In this document: piece after piece, positions 1 to 9,223 of the stretch | Layout of the letters: each line of letters opens with the position of its first letter | How positions within the stretch are numbered: position 1 is the stretch's first letter | NCBI RefSeq assembly: GCF_000007145.1 | Contig: NC_003902.1 | Location: 1,717,436 to 1,749,435 of the forward strand | Source: Xanthomonas campestris pv. campestris str. ATCC 33913 | Lineage (GTDB): Bacteria > Pseudomonadota > Gammaproteobacteria > Xanthomonadales > Xanthomonadaceae | DNA length: 32,000 nt | Direction of reading: 5' to 3' | Position numbers and translations under genes: made by a program | Notes under the pieces: model-generated | Database searches by the model: none | Told to the model about the DNA's origin: nothing | The model's input: only the letters and a program-made list of their open reading frames with translations

Positions 1-1423
1 GGCCGACGATGTCGGCCACCGCGCCGCCGATACCGGAATCCACTTCGTCGAACACCATGGTCGGCACGCTGTCCAGGCCAAGCGCTGCCACTTCGATCGC
101 CAGCGAGATACGCGACAGTTCGCCGCCGGAGGCCACCTTGCGCAGGGCGCGCGGCGGCTGCCCGGCGTTGGCGGCGACCAGGAATTCCACCCGCTCGGCG
201 CCATTGGGATCCGGGCGCAGGGTCTCTTGCGGCTGCAACTGGATCAGGAATTGCCCGCCGCCCATGCCCAGTTCGCCGATCAGCGTGGTGGTGGCAGCGG
301 ACAGCGCCTGCGCGGCGCTCTGGCGGCTGGCGCTGAGGACGCTGGCGGCGCCTTGCCAGACGCCGATGGCCGCCTCGATGTGCTTGTCCAGCTGCTGCAG
401 GCGCTCGTCGGCGCCGCGCAGGCTCTCAACCTCGGCGGTCAGGTGGTCGCGATGCGCGGCCAGCTCGTCAGGCGAAACGCGGTGCTTGCGGGCCAGGTCA
501 TGCAGGCGGCCGAGACGGCGCTCCATGGCCTCGAATTGGGTGGGGTCGGCATCCAGGTCGTCGCGCACGCGGTCGAGCAGGGCAAGCGCTTCTTCGATCT
601 GGATCGCGGCGCTGTCCAGCAGCGCATCCACTTCGCCCAGCCGCGGCTCGTGCTCGGCCACCCGGGCCAGGTCGTGCCGGCTGTCCTGCAGCAGGCCCAG
701 CGCCGAAGGGCCCTCGTCGCCATTGAGCTGCTGGACCACGCTCTCGCAGGCGCCGATCAAGGCAGTGGCGTGTGCCTGGCGGCGATGGTTGGTGTCCAGC
801 GCGGCGATGGCCGCCGGGTCCAGGTCCTCGCGCTCCAGTTCGGCCAGTTGGTGCTCCAGAAAGCCGATGCGGTCGGAGACATCGCCTTGCGCAGACAGGG
901 CATCGCGCTCGTCCAGCAGCGCCTGCCAGCGCTGGCTGGCCTGGCGCACCTGCTCACGCTGGGCGCTGTTGCGGGCGTAGGCATCGAGCAGGGCCAGCTG
1001 GCTGTTGCGGGCCATCAGCGCCTGGTGCTCGTGCTGGCCGTGGATTTCCACCAGCCGCGCGGCCAGGTCGGACAGCTGCGAGGAGGTCACCGGGCGGCCG
1101 TTGATCCAGGCGCGCGAGCCGCCGTCGGCGCGAATGATCCGGCGCAGCTGGCATTGGGCATCGTCATCGAGCTCGTTGTCGGCCAGCCAGGTCAGGCCGG
1201 GATGCTCGGCCGGCAGCTGGAATTCGGCCGACAGCTCGGCGCGGTCGGCGCCGTGGCGGACCACGCCGCTGTCGGCGCGCAGGCCGGACAAAAAGCCCAG
1301 CGCATCCACCATCAGCGACTTGCCGGCGCCGGTTTCGCCCGAGACCACGGTCATGCCCGGCCCGAATTCGAGTTCGGTGGCGCGGACAACGGCGAAATCC
1401 TTGATTGAGAGGTGTCTGAGCAT
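1..1423 (-). CDS. recN: DNA repair protein RecN (N-terminal about 474 codons; the C-terminal end lies outside the window)
   Basis: The minus-strand frame is open to the window edge, so it is absent from the ORF track. Reverse translation from the ATG at 1423-1421 reads MLRHLSIKDFAVVRATELEFGPGMTVVSGETGAGKS. That is the RecN/SMC N-terminal Walker A, and it is followed by long coiled-coil sequence. The + ORFs at 9-980 and 227-1408 are antisense shadows. Confidence 0.9.
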   Translation of the reverse strand, partial: MLRHLSIKDFAVVRATELEFGPGMTVVSGETGAGKSLMVDALGFLSGLRADSGVVRHGADRAELSAEFQLPAEHPGLTWLADNELDDDAQCQLRRIIRADGGSRAWINGRPVTSSQLSDLAARLVEIHGQHEHQALMARNSQLALLDAYARNSAQREQVRQASQRWQALLDERDALSAQGDVSDRIGFLEHQLAELEREDLDPAAIAALDTNHRRQAHATALIGACESVVQQLNGDEGPSALGLLQDSRHDLARVAEHEPRLGEVDALLDSAAIQIEEALALLDRVRDDLDADPTQFEAMERRLGRLHDLARKHRVSPDELAAHRDHLTAEVESLRGADERLQQLDKHIEAAIGVWQGAASVLSASRQSAAQALSAATTTLIGELGMGGGQFLIQLQPQETLRPDPNGAERVEFLVAANAGQPPRALRKVASGGELSRISLAIEVAALGLDSVPTMVFDEVDSGIGGAVADIVG

Positions 1424-1487
1424 GGGATCGAGTGTGAACGCTTTGGGGAAGCTTAGGGCCGATGGGGACGCTGGGGGAATGGGATGC

Positions 1488-1516
1488 TTGCCAACCCCGG
1501 GGCCAGACATTATCTA
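1488..1516 (+). promoter_or_regulatory. Candidate sigma70-type promoter for hrcA (TTGCCA-N17-TATCTA)
   Basis: TTGCCA at 1488-1493 and TATCTA at 1511-1516 are separated by a 17-nt spacer. The site lies about 25 nt upstream of the hrcA ATG. This is a motif match only. Confidence 0.3.
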
Positions 1517-1540
1517 TGCCCAGTCTCACCGGATGATCCC

Positions 1541-2593
1541 ATGCGCGCGTCCCAGTCCCCAATGCTCGACCCCCGCGCACGCCACCTGCTGCGCACGCTG
1601 ATCGCGCGTTACATCCGCGATGGCGAACCGGTGGGCTCCAAGACGCTGGCCCAGCATGCCGGCCTGGATGTCAGCCCGGCGACGATCCGTAATATTTTGG
1701 CCGACCTGGAAGACATCGGGCTGCTCAGTTCTCCGCACACCTCGGCCGGGCGGGTGCCCACCGCGCACGGCTACCGGGTGTTCGTCGACAGCCTGGTGCA
1801 GATGCAGCCGCCCGGCGAAGAGGAGGTGCGCCGGCTGCGCGCCGAGTTGGCCAGCAGCAACGGGACGCAGTCGCTGCTGGGTAGCGCTTCGCAGATGCTG
1901 TCGGCGATGAGCCACTTCGTGGGCGTGGTCAGCGCGCCGCGGCGCGAGCAGTTTGCGTTCCGGCATATCGATTTCGTGCCGCTGGACGCGCGCCGGGTGC
2001 TGGCGATCCTGGTATTTGCCGACAACGAGGTGCAGAACCGGGTGATCGAGCCGCGCCGCGCCTACGAGCCGGCCGAGCTGGAACGGGTGGCCAACTACCT
2101 CAACGCGCAGTTCGCCGGGCGCGCGCTGTCGGACATCCGCGCCTCGCTGCTGCGCGAACTGCGGCTGGCCAAGAACGAGATGGAGCAGTTGCTGGCGCAT
2201 AGCGTGGACCTGGCCAGCGAGGCGCTGGTGCCGGCCGACGACGACGGCATGGTGATGGCCGGGCAGACCCGCTTGATGGGTGTGCAGGACCTGTCGGACC
2301 TGGACCGGCTGCGCGAGCTGTTCGAGGCCTTCGCCAGCAAGCGCGAGATCCTGCAGCTGCTCGAACGCACCATCCAGGCGCCGGGTGTGCGCATCTTCAT
2401 CGGCGAGGAAACCGGTATGGTGTCGCTGGACGACGTCTCGCTGGTCACCGCGCCGTATACCGCCGGCGGCCAGGTGCTGGGCGTGCTGGGGGTGATCGGG
2501 CCCAAACGCATGGCCTACGACCGGGTGATTCCGCTGGTGCAGACCGCCGCGCAGATGCTGGGCGCGGCCATGGAGCCGCCCGGCACGCGATAA
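1541..2593 (+). CDS. hrcA: Heat-inducible transcription repressor HrcA
   Basis: ORF 1484-2593. I prefer the internal ATG at 1541, which gives [37 protein letters not shown]. This is a typical HrcA winged-helix N-terminus. The gene sits directly upstream of grpE-dnaK-dnaJ. Confidence 0.9.
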
Positions 2594-2621
2594 CCGCGCT
2601 CGATCGGAGCGATGGCATTTG

Positions 2622-2649
2622 CTTGAAACGCGCGCGAGCGCCCACATAC
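2622..2649 (+). promoter_or_regulatory. Sigma32 (RpoH)-like heat-shock promoter upstream of grpE
   Basis: CTTGAA at 2622-2627, a 13-nt spacer, then CCCACATAC at 2641-2649. This resembles the proteobacterial sigma32 consensus CTTGAA-N13-17-CCCCATNT. It shares the CCCACAT core with the dnaK site. Confidence 0.55.
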
Positions 2650-2693
2650 GGGGTGACGTTGGGGCGGGCGTTCCGCTTGCCCGGGAACTGCAC

Positions 2694-3212
2694 ATGAACC
2701 AAGACCACCCCGAATTCGACTCCGAAGACCTGTCCCAGAACCCGCCCGAGACCGATCCGCTCAAGGCCGAGATCGAGTCCTTGCGCAGCGAGATCGCCCT
2801 GGTCAAGGCCGACGCCCTGCGCGAGCGCGCCGACCTGGAGAACCAGCGCAAGCGCATCGCCCGCGATGTGGAGAACGCGCGCAAGTTCGCCAACGAGAAG
2901 CTGCTCGGCGAACTGCTGCCGGTGTTCGACAGCCTGGACGCGGGCCTCACCGCCGCCGGCACCGAACCCAGCCCGCTGCGCGATGGCCTGGATCTGACCT
3001 ACAAGCAGCTGCTCAAGGTCGCTGCCGACAACGGCCTGACCCTGCTCGACCCGGTCGGCCAGCCGTTCAATCCCGACCAGCACCAGGCGATCAGCCAGGG
3101 CGAGGCCGAGGGCATCGCGCCGGGCCATGTCGTGCAGGTGTTCCAGAAGGGTTACCTGCTCAACGAGCGCCTGCTGCGCCCGGCCCTGGTGGTCGTGGCC
3201 AAGCACGACTGA
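2694..3212 (+). CDS. grpE: Nucleotide exchange factor GrpE
   Basis: ORF 2619-3212. The start is moved to the ATG at 2694 ([13 protein letters not shown]...), downstream of the sigma32-like promoter. The coiled-coil N-terminus and the C-terminal motif [23 protein letters not shown] are typical of GrpE. Confidence 0.9.
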
Positions 3213-3270
3213 GCACTGCTGCCGGCTGAACCGGCCGGCGCAGACGCGGAACGCAGATTCGTACAGGTGG

Positions 3271-3300
3271 CTTGAACACCTGCGCACCACCCCCACATCT
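3271..3300 (+). promoter_or_regulatory. Sigma32 (RpoH)-like heat-shock promoter upstream of dnaK
   Basis: CTTGAA at 3271-3276, a 14-nt spacer, then CCCCACATCT at 3291-3300. The site lies about 55 nt upstream of the dnaK ATG. Confidence 0.65.
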
Positions 3301-3353
3301 CAGCCAGACCCGGCGTCGCCGGACACAGCTAAAGACTCATCAGGAGCGTATCC

Positions 3354-5282
3354 ATGGGCAAGATCATTGGTATTGACCTCGGCACCACGAACTCGTGCGT
3401 GGCGATCATGGACGGCGGCAAGGCCCGCGTCATCGAAAATTCCGAGGGCGATCGCACCACGCCCTCGATCGTCGCCTACACCAAGGACGGCGAAGTGCTG
3501 GTCGGTGCCTCGGCCAAGCGCCAGGCGGTGACCAACCCGAAGAACACCTTCTACGCGGTGAAGCGCCTGATCGGCCGCAAGTTCACTGACGGCGAAGTGC
3601 AGAAGGACATCTCCCACGTGCCGTACGGCATTCTGGCGCACGACAACGGCGATGCCTGGGTGCAGACCAGCGATTCCAAGCGCATGGCGCCGCAGGAAAT
3701 TTCCGCACGCGTGCTGGAAAAGATGAAGAAGACCGCCGAGGACTTCCTGGGCGAAAAGGTCACCGAAGCGGTGATCACGGTGCCGGCGTACTTCAACGAC
3801 AGCCAGCGCCAGGCCACCAAGGACGCTGGCCGCATCGCCGGTCTGGACGTCAAGCGCATCATCAACGAGCCGACGGCTGCTGCCCTGGCCTATGGCCTGG
3901 ACAAGAACGGCGGTGACCGCAAGATTGCCGTGTACGACCTGGGCGGCGGCACCTTCGACGTGTCGATCATCGAAATTGCCGAGGTCGATGGCGAGAAGCA
4001 GTTCGAAGTGCTGGCCACCAATGGCGACACCTTCCTGGGCGGCGAAGACTTCGACAACCGCGTCATCGAGTATCTGGTCGACGAATTCAACAAGGATCAG
4101 GGCATCGATCTGCGCAAGGATCCGTTGGCGCTGCAGCGCCTCAAGGACGCCGCAGAGCGCGCCAAGATCGAGCTGTCGACCTCGCAGCAGACCGAAGTGA
4201 ACCTGCCGTACGTCACCGCCGATGCCTCGGGCCCGAAGCACCTCAACATCAAGTTGACCCGTGCCAAGCTCGAAGCGCTGGTGGAAGACCTGGTCAAGAA
4301 GTCGATCGAGCCGTGCCGCACCGCGTTGAACGACGCCGGCCTGCGCGCCAGCGACATCAACGAAGTGATCCTGGTCGGCGGTCAGACCCGTATGCCGAAG
4401 GTGCAGCAGGCCGTTGCCGATTTCTTCGGCAAGGAACCGCGCAAGGACGTCAACCCGGACGAAGCCGTGGCCGTGGGCGCCGCGATCCAGGGCGGCGTGC
4501 TGGCTGGCGACGTCAAGGACGTGCTGCTGCTGGACGTGACCCCGCTGTCGCTGGGTATCGAAACCATGGGCGGCGTGTTCACCAAGATCATCGAAAAGAA
4601 CACCACCATCCCGACCAAGGCCTCGCAGACCTTCTCCACTGCCGAAGACAACCAGTCGGCCGTGACCGTGCACGTGCTGCAGGGTGAGCGCGAGCAGGCC
4701 CGCTTCAACAAGTCGCTGGCCAAGTTCGACCTCTCCGGCATCGAGCCGGCGCCGCGTGGCATGCCGCAGGTGGAAGTGTCCTTCGACATCGACGCCAACG
4801 GCATCCTGCACGTGTCGGCCAAGGACAAGAAGACCAACAAGGAACAGAAGGTCGAGATCAAGGCCGGTTCGGGCCTGTCGGATGAAGAGATCCAGCGCAT
4901 GGTCGCCGACGCGGAAGCCAACCGCGAAGAAGACAAGAAGTTCCAGGAGCTGGTGCAGACCCGCAACCAGGCCGATGGCTTGATCCACGCCACCCGCACC
5001 GCGATCACCGAGCATGGCAGCAAGGTGGGTGGCGATGTGATCGGCAAGGTGGAAGCGGCCCTGGCCGACCTGGAAACCGCCATGAAGGGCGACGACAAGG
5101 CGCAGATCGAAGCGCGCAGCAAGACCCTGGAAGAAGCCGGCCAGTCGCTGTACGCCGCGGCCGCCGCGGCAGAGCAGGGCGGCAACGCCGATGCGGCCAG
5201 CGGCAATGCGCAGGCCTCCAAGGCCGCCGATGACGTGGTGGACGCCGAGTTCACCGAGGTCAAGGACGATAAGAAGGCGTGA
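3354..5282 (+). CDS. dnaK: Molecular chaperone DnaK (Hsp70)
   Basis: The 642-aa ORF starts [17 protein letters not shown]. It contains [10 protein letters not shown] and [11 protein letters not shown], which are Hsp70 signatures, and it has full-length collinearity with DnaK. Confidence 0.98.
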
Positions 5283-5284
5283 GT

Positions 5285-5418
5285 CGGGAATAGGGAATAG
5301 AGAATCGGAGGAGCGGTGCTACGGCATCGCTCCTTCGCTGTTCTGACCCTTCCGGATGCCTGCTGATGTGAGGATGTACGCTTTGAACGATTCCCTTCTC
5401 CCGATTCCCGATTCCCTG
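5285..5418. repeat. GGGAATN-heptamer inverted-repeat intergenic element, copy A (dnaK-dnaJ spacer)
   Basis: The left arm is CGGGAATAGGGAATAGAGAATCGG (5285-5308). The right arm is CGATTCCCTTCTCCCGATTCCCGATTCCCTG (5388-5418). The arms are imperfect reverse complements made of 7-nt GGGAATN / NATTCCC units. The architecture matches the elements at 18224-18370 and 19821-19951. Confidence 0.6.
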
Positions 5419-5420
5419 TC

Positions 5421-6551
5421 ATGAGCAAACGCGATTACTACGAAGTTCTGGGCGTGGCCCGTGGCGCCAGCGACGAGGAGCTGAAGAAGGCTTATCGGCG
5501 TTGTGCCATGAAGTACCACCCGGACCGCAATCCTGGCGACGCTGCTGCAGAGGCAACGTTCAAGGAATGCAAGGAAGCCTATGAAGTGCTGTCGGACGGC
5601 AACAAGCGCCGTGCCTACGACGCGCACGGCCATGCGGCGTTCGAGCACGGCATGGGCGGCGGCGGTGGCGGGCCTGGTGGTCCGGACATGGGAGATATCT
5701 TTGGCGATATCTTCGGCAATATTTTTGGCGGTGGCGCCGCCGGTCCGCGCGCTGCGCGACGTGGTGCCGACGTCGGCTACGTGTTGGAACTGGATCTGGA
5801 AGAAGCCGTCGCCGGCATCGAGCGGCGCATCGAGATCCCCACGCTGATCGAGTGCGAACCCTGCCACGGCAGCGGCTCGGAAGACGGCAAGGTGGAAGTC
5901 TGCGCAACCTGCCATGGGCGCGGCCAGGTCCGCATCCAGCGCGGCATCTTCGCCATGCAGCAGAGCTGCCCGCATTGCGACGGCCGCGGCACGCTGATCC
6001 AGAACCCGTGCAAGACCTGCCATGGCGCAGGTCGCGTGGAAGAGGACAAGGTACTGTCGATCAAGGTGCCGGCAGGCGTGGACACCGGCGACCGCATCCG
6101 TTTGGCAGGCGAGGGCGAAGCTGGCCCGGCCGGTACGCCGCCGGGCGATCTGTATGTGGAAGTGCGCGTGCGCGAGCATGCGATCTTCCAGCGCGATGGC
6201 GACGACCTGCATTGCGAGGTGCCGATCCGCATTTCGCAGGCCGCGCTCGGCGACACCGTGCGGGTGGCCACGCTGGGCGGCGAAGCGGAAATCCGCATCC
6301 CGGCCGAAACGCAGACCGGCAAGCTGTTCCGGCTGCGTGGCAAGGGCGTGCGCTCGGTGCGCAGCCGCAGCGAGGGCGATCTGTACTGCCGCGTGGTGGT
6401 GGAAACGCCGGTCAACCTCACTACCGATCAGCGCGAATTGCTCAAGCAGTTTGAGGCCACGTTCACCGGTGAGGACGCGCGCAAGCATTCGCCCAAGTCG
6501 GCGACCTTCATCGATGGAGTGAAGGGTTTCTGGGATCGGATGACCTCCTGA
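5421..6551 (+). CDS. dnaJ: Co-chaperone DnaJ (Hsp40)
   Basis: The 376-aa ORF has a J-domain with HPDRN. It also has a Gly/Phe-rich region and four CxxCxGxG zinc-finger repeats ([32 protein letters not shown]). Confidence 0.97.
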   Translation: MSKRDYYEVLGVARGASDEELKKAYRRCAMKYHPDRNPGDAAAEATFKECKEAYEVLSDGNKRRAYDAHGHAAFEHGMGGGGGGPGGPDMGDIFGDIFGNIFGGGAAGPRAARRGADVGYVLELDLEEAVAGIERRIEIPTLIECEPCHGSGSEDGKVEVCATCHGRGQVRIQRGIFAMQQSCPHCDGRGTLIQNPCKTCHGAGRVEEDKVLSIKVPAGVDTGDRIRLAGEGEAGPAGTPPGDLYVEVRVREHAIFQRDGDDLHCEVPIRISQAALGDTVRVATLGGEAEIRIPAETQTGKLFRLRGKGVRSVRSRSEGDLYCRVVVETPVNLTTDQRELLKQFEATFTGEDARKHSPKSATFIDGVKGFWDRMTS

Positions 6552-6590
6552 TCCAGGGGCGCAGATCCAGCTGATGTGATCCAGCAACGT

Positions 6591-6622
6591 CCGGCGTGCA
6601 GCGATGCACGCCGGATTTTTTT
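6591..6622 (+). terminator. Rho-independent terminator after dnaJ
   Basis: The stem is CCGGCGTGCA / TGCACGCCGG (6591-6600 / 6605-6614) with loop GCGA. An 8-nt T run follows at 6615-6622. Confidence 0.8.
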
Positions 6623-6664
6623 ATGGAATCGCCTGCACGGATTGCCCTGCCCAACTCGGCATAA

Positions 6665-6812
6665 CTAAGAGCGGCTAACAAAACGTAGCGAGCAGCCGTC
6701 AGGTGGGTGCGGACGGCGCGGAGGAACCGGAGTGTACGTGGGCACATGAGGATTCCGAGCACCGGCCGCGCCCGCCTGGCGGCAGCGCAGTAGTTTTGAT
6801 AGCTGCTCTAAG
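6665..6812. repeat. 148-nt element bounded by a 20-bp imperfect inverted repeat (candidate structured sRNA or MITE-like element)
   Basis: Arm 1 is CTAAGAGCGGCTAACAAAAC (6665-6684). Arm 2 is GTTTTGATAGCTGCTCTAAG (6793-6812). Seventeen positions are Watson-Crick pairs, one is a G-T pair (6673/6804), and two are mismatches. The arms are AT-rich and the roughly 105-nt core is GC-rich with further local stems. No ORF is present. Confidence 0.4.
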
Positions 6813-6925
6813 CAGTCACCAGGCGCAGCGTTGTGGATGCACGGGCGTGCCATTCCTGCTGTTTCGACAGCACGCTTGCTGGCTTGCGCGGATAATGGGA
6901 CATCTCTTTCGAAGATGGTGCCTGC

Positions 6926-7834
6926 ATGAGCGACGCAACCGACAGCCACCTCGTCCACGGCCGCCGTCAGCGCCCGGATGGTCCTGCACCGGTCGATGTG
7001 ATCTCGGTGCAATCGCAATTGGTCTACGGGCATGCCGGCAACAGCGCGGCGGTGCCGCCGTTGCGCGCGCTGGGCTTACGCGTGGCGGAAGTACCCACTA
7101 CCTTGCTGAGCAATGCGCCGTTCTACGCCACCTTGCGCGGACGCATCCTGCCGGCCGACTGGCTGGCGGATCTATTGCTGGGCGCGACCGAGCGCGGCCT
7201 GCCGCAGCGTGCACGCTTGCTTGTTTCCGGTTACTTCGGCAGCCTGGCCAATGGCGAGGCTTTTGCGGACTGGCTGGAGCAGACCCTGCCGCAGGCGCCA
7301 CAGTTGCGCTATTGCCTGGACCCGGTGATTGGCGACACCCACACCGGCCCTTACGTGGAGCCCGGGTTGGAGCGCGTGTTTGCCGAGCGGCTGTTGCCGC
7401 ATGCCTGGTTGGTGACGCCCAATGCCTTCGAGCTTGGTCGCCTGACCGGGCTGCCGAGTCTGGAACAGGACGATGCCATCGTCGCTGCACGCGCCTTGCT
7501 TGCGCGTGGCCCGCAATGGGTGCTTGCACATAGCGTGGCCGGCGGCACCGGCGAGCTGGTGACCCTGGCCGTGAGCGCTGAGGCAGTCTATCGCTGGGCC
7601 AGCCCGCACCTGCCGGTGGACGTGGCCGGCACCGGTGATGTGCTGATGGCGTTGCTGATCGGCCTGTTGCTGCGCGATGTGCCATTCGAGCAGGCGGTGG
7701 GGCATGCACTGACCGGCGTGCATGCGGCGCTGGAGGCCACCCTGGCTGCTGGCTTCGAGGAATTCGATGTGCTGGCTGCCGCGCCGGCCGCGCTTGGCAC
7801 CGCGCCGCGCTTTGCGGTTGAGCGACTGGCGTGA
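6926..7834 (+). CDS. pdxY: Pyridoxal/pyridoxamine kinase (PdxY family, ribokinase-like fold)
   Basis: The 302-aa ORF contains ISVQSQLVYGHAGNSAAVPPLRALG, which matches the PdxY N-terminal motif IQSHVVYGHAGNSAA. It also has a C-terminal GTGD anion-hole motif (VDVAGTGDVL). The start could instead be the in-frame GTG at 6998. Confidence 0.8.
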   Translation: MSDATDSHLVHGRRQRPDGPAPVDVISVQSQLVYGHAGNSAAVPPLRALGLRVAEVPTTLLSNAPFYATLRGRILPADWLADLLLGATERGLPQRARLLVSGYFGSLANGEAFADWLEQTLPQAPQLRYCLDPVIGDTHTGPYVEPGLERVFAERLLPHAWLVTPNAFELGRLTGLPSLEQDDAIVAARALLARGPQWVLAHSVAGGTGELVTLAVSAEAVYRWASPHLPVDVAGTGDVLMALLIGLLLRDVPFEQAVGHALTGVHAALEATLAAGFEEFDVLAAAPAALGTAPRFAVERLA

Positions 7835-8958
7835 TCGCGCATCCGGTCGTTGGCATCGTCGGGATCGCCGGCGCCTACGGACGCTGGCTCGCCCAATTCC
7901 TGCGCACGCGCATGGGGCTGGAGGTGATCGGCGTGGATCCGGCATTACCGGACGGGCTGGACGACGCCACGCTGGTGGCGCGCGCCGATGTGCTGATTTT
8001 TTCGGCACCAATCCGCCACACCGCTGCGCTGATCGAACGCTATGCCGCTCTTGCCGGCGCGCGTGCGGCGGAGCAACTGTGGCTGGATGTCACCTCGATC
8101 AAACAGGCGCCAGTCGCGGCGATGCTGGCGTCGCAGGCCGAGGTGGTGGGCCTGCACCCGATGACCGCACCGCCCAAGTCGCCCACCTTGAAGGGGCGGG
8201 TGATGGTGGTCTGCCGCGCACGTGTGCAGCGCTGGTCCGGCTGGGTGGATGCGCTGTGCAGCGCGTTGCAGGCCGAGTGCGTCTACGCCACGCCCGAACA
8301 CCACGACCGCGTGATGGCGCTCGTGCAGGCCATGGTGCATGCCACCCATCTGGCGCAGGCTGGCACCTTGCGCGACTACGCCCCCTTGCTCGGCGAGTTG
8401 CGCACCTTGATGCCATACCGCTCGGCCTCGTTCGAACTGGATACCGCGGTGATCGCGCGCATTCTCTCGCTCAACCCGTCGATCTACGAAGACATCCAGT
8501 TCGGCAATCCTTACGTTGCCGAAATGCTCGACCGCTTGCTCGCGCAGCTGCAAGAACTGCGCGGCTTGGTGGTGCAGGGCGATGATGCGGCACGCTTGCG
8601 ATTTCGGCAGGCCTTTCTCGATGCCAACGCGCAGGCCCTGCAAGGCGACTCACTGGCGGCCGGCAACTACACCTATGAACGGGTGGGCTACCTGCTGGCC
8701 GACCTCACCGAGCCGCTGACCTTGAGCGTGTATCTGCCCGAAGACCAGCCGGGCTCGTTACGCGTGTTGCTGCATGTATTCGAGCAGCACGGCGTCAACC
8801 TGTCCTCGATCCACTCCTCGCGCACGCCCGGCGGCGAGCTGCACTTCCGGATGGGGTTCGAGCCGGAGAGCGATCGCGCTGCACTGGGCCGCGCCGCAGC
8901 GCAAATCGATGCCGACCGGATCGGGCGGGTGTTGGAGCGCGTTGATCGGGAACGTTGA
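7831..8958 (+). CDS. tyrA: Prephenate/arogenate dehydrogenase family protein with a C-terminal ACT-like domain
   Basis: The 375-aa ORF starts at a GTG that overlaps the pdxY stop (GTGA at 7831-7834). It has an N-terminal Rossmann motif VGIVGIAGAYGRW. It also has TyrA-type motifs VVGLHPM, TPEHHDRVMALVQAMVH and NPSIYEDIQ. The C-terminal segment SLRVLLHVFEQHGVNLSSIHS is ACT-like. Confidence 0.8.
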   Translation: MIAHPVVGIVGIAGAYGRWLAQFLRTRMGLEVIGVDPALPDGLDDATLVARADVLIFSAPIRHTAALIERYAALAGARAAEQLWLDVTSIKQAPVAAMLASQAEVVGLHPMTAPPKSPTLKGRVMVVCRARVQRWSGWVDALCSALQAECVYATPEHHDRVMALVQAMVHATHLAQAGTLRDYAPLLGELRTLMPYRSASFELDTAVIARILSLNPSIYEDIQFGNPYVAEMLDRLLAQLQELRGLVVQGDDAARLRFRQAFLDANAQALQGDSLAAGNYTYERVGYLLADLTEPLTLSVYLPEDQPGSLRVLLHVFEQHGVNLSSIHSSRTPGGELHFRMGFEPESDRAALGRAAAQIDADRIGRVLERVDRER

Positions 8959-9223
8959 GTCTTTCGAGTCATCGTCATGCACCGGAGTATGCAAGACCTG
9001 ACTCATCAGCGGCAGCGATGTAGTCATAGGCCTCGCGTCTGCCCACGCCTGTTCCGCATCACGGGTAGGCAGGCTTCAAGGTGCTTTGCTTCTGTCAATC
9101 GAGTGGCCTCGGGACGCACCACATCTGCGGGAGCAACGCAGTGGCAAGTGGAAACGCACTCGCCTGCTAAGTAATTCGAACGACTGTGAAAGCGACCCCG
9201 AGCACTGGCGCTGACGCATGGCA

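Noticed and set aside
227-1408. 393-aa + strand ORF, together with ORF 9-980
   Set aside because: Both are antisense or out of frame relative to recN. The minus-strand translation of recN is unmistakable.
1424-1540. Search for a LexA (SOS) box upstream of recN and a CIRCE operator upstream of hrcA
   Set aside because: No TTAG-N6-TACTA-type or CTGT-N8-ACAG-type dyad is present. Only a 7-of-9 half-CIRCE-like GAGTGTGAA occurs at about 1429, with no partner half-site. I make no call.
3300-5015. 571-aa minus-strand ORF
   Set aside because: It is antisense to dnaK. It has no recognisable domains and has shadow-ORF composition.
6703-7533. 276-aa + strand ORF overlapping pdxY in another frame
   Set aside because: It is Arg/Ala/Cys-rich with no motifs. 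The pdxY frame carries the conserved kinase motifs.
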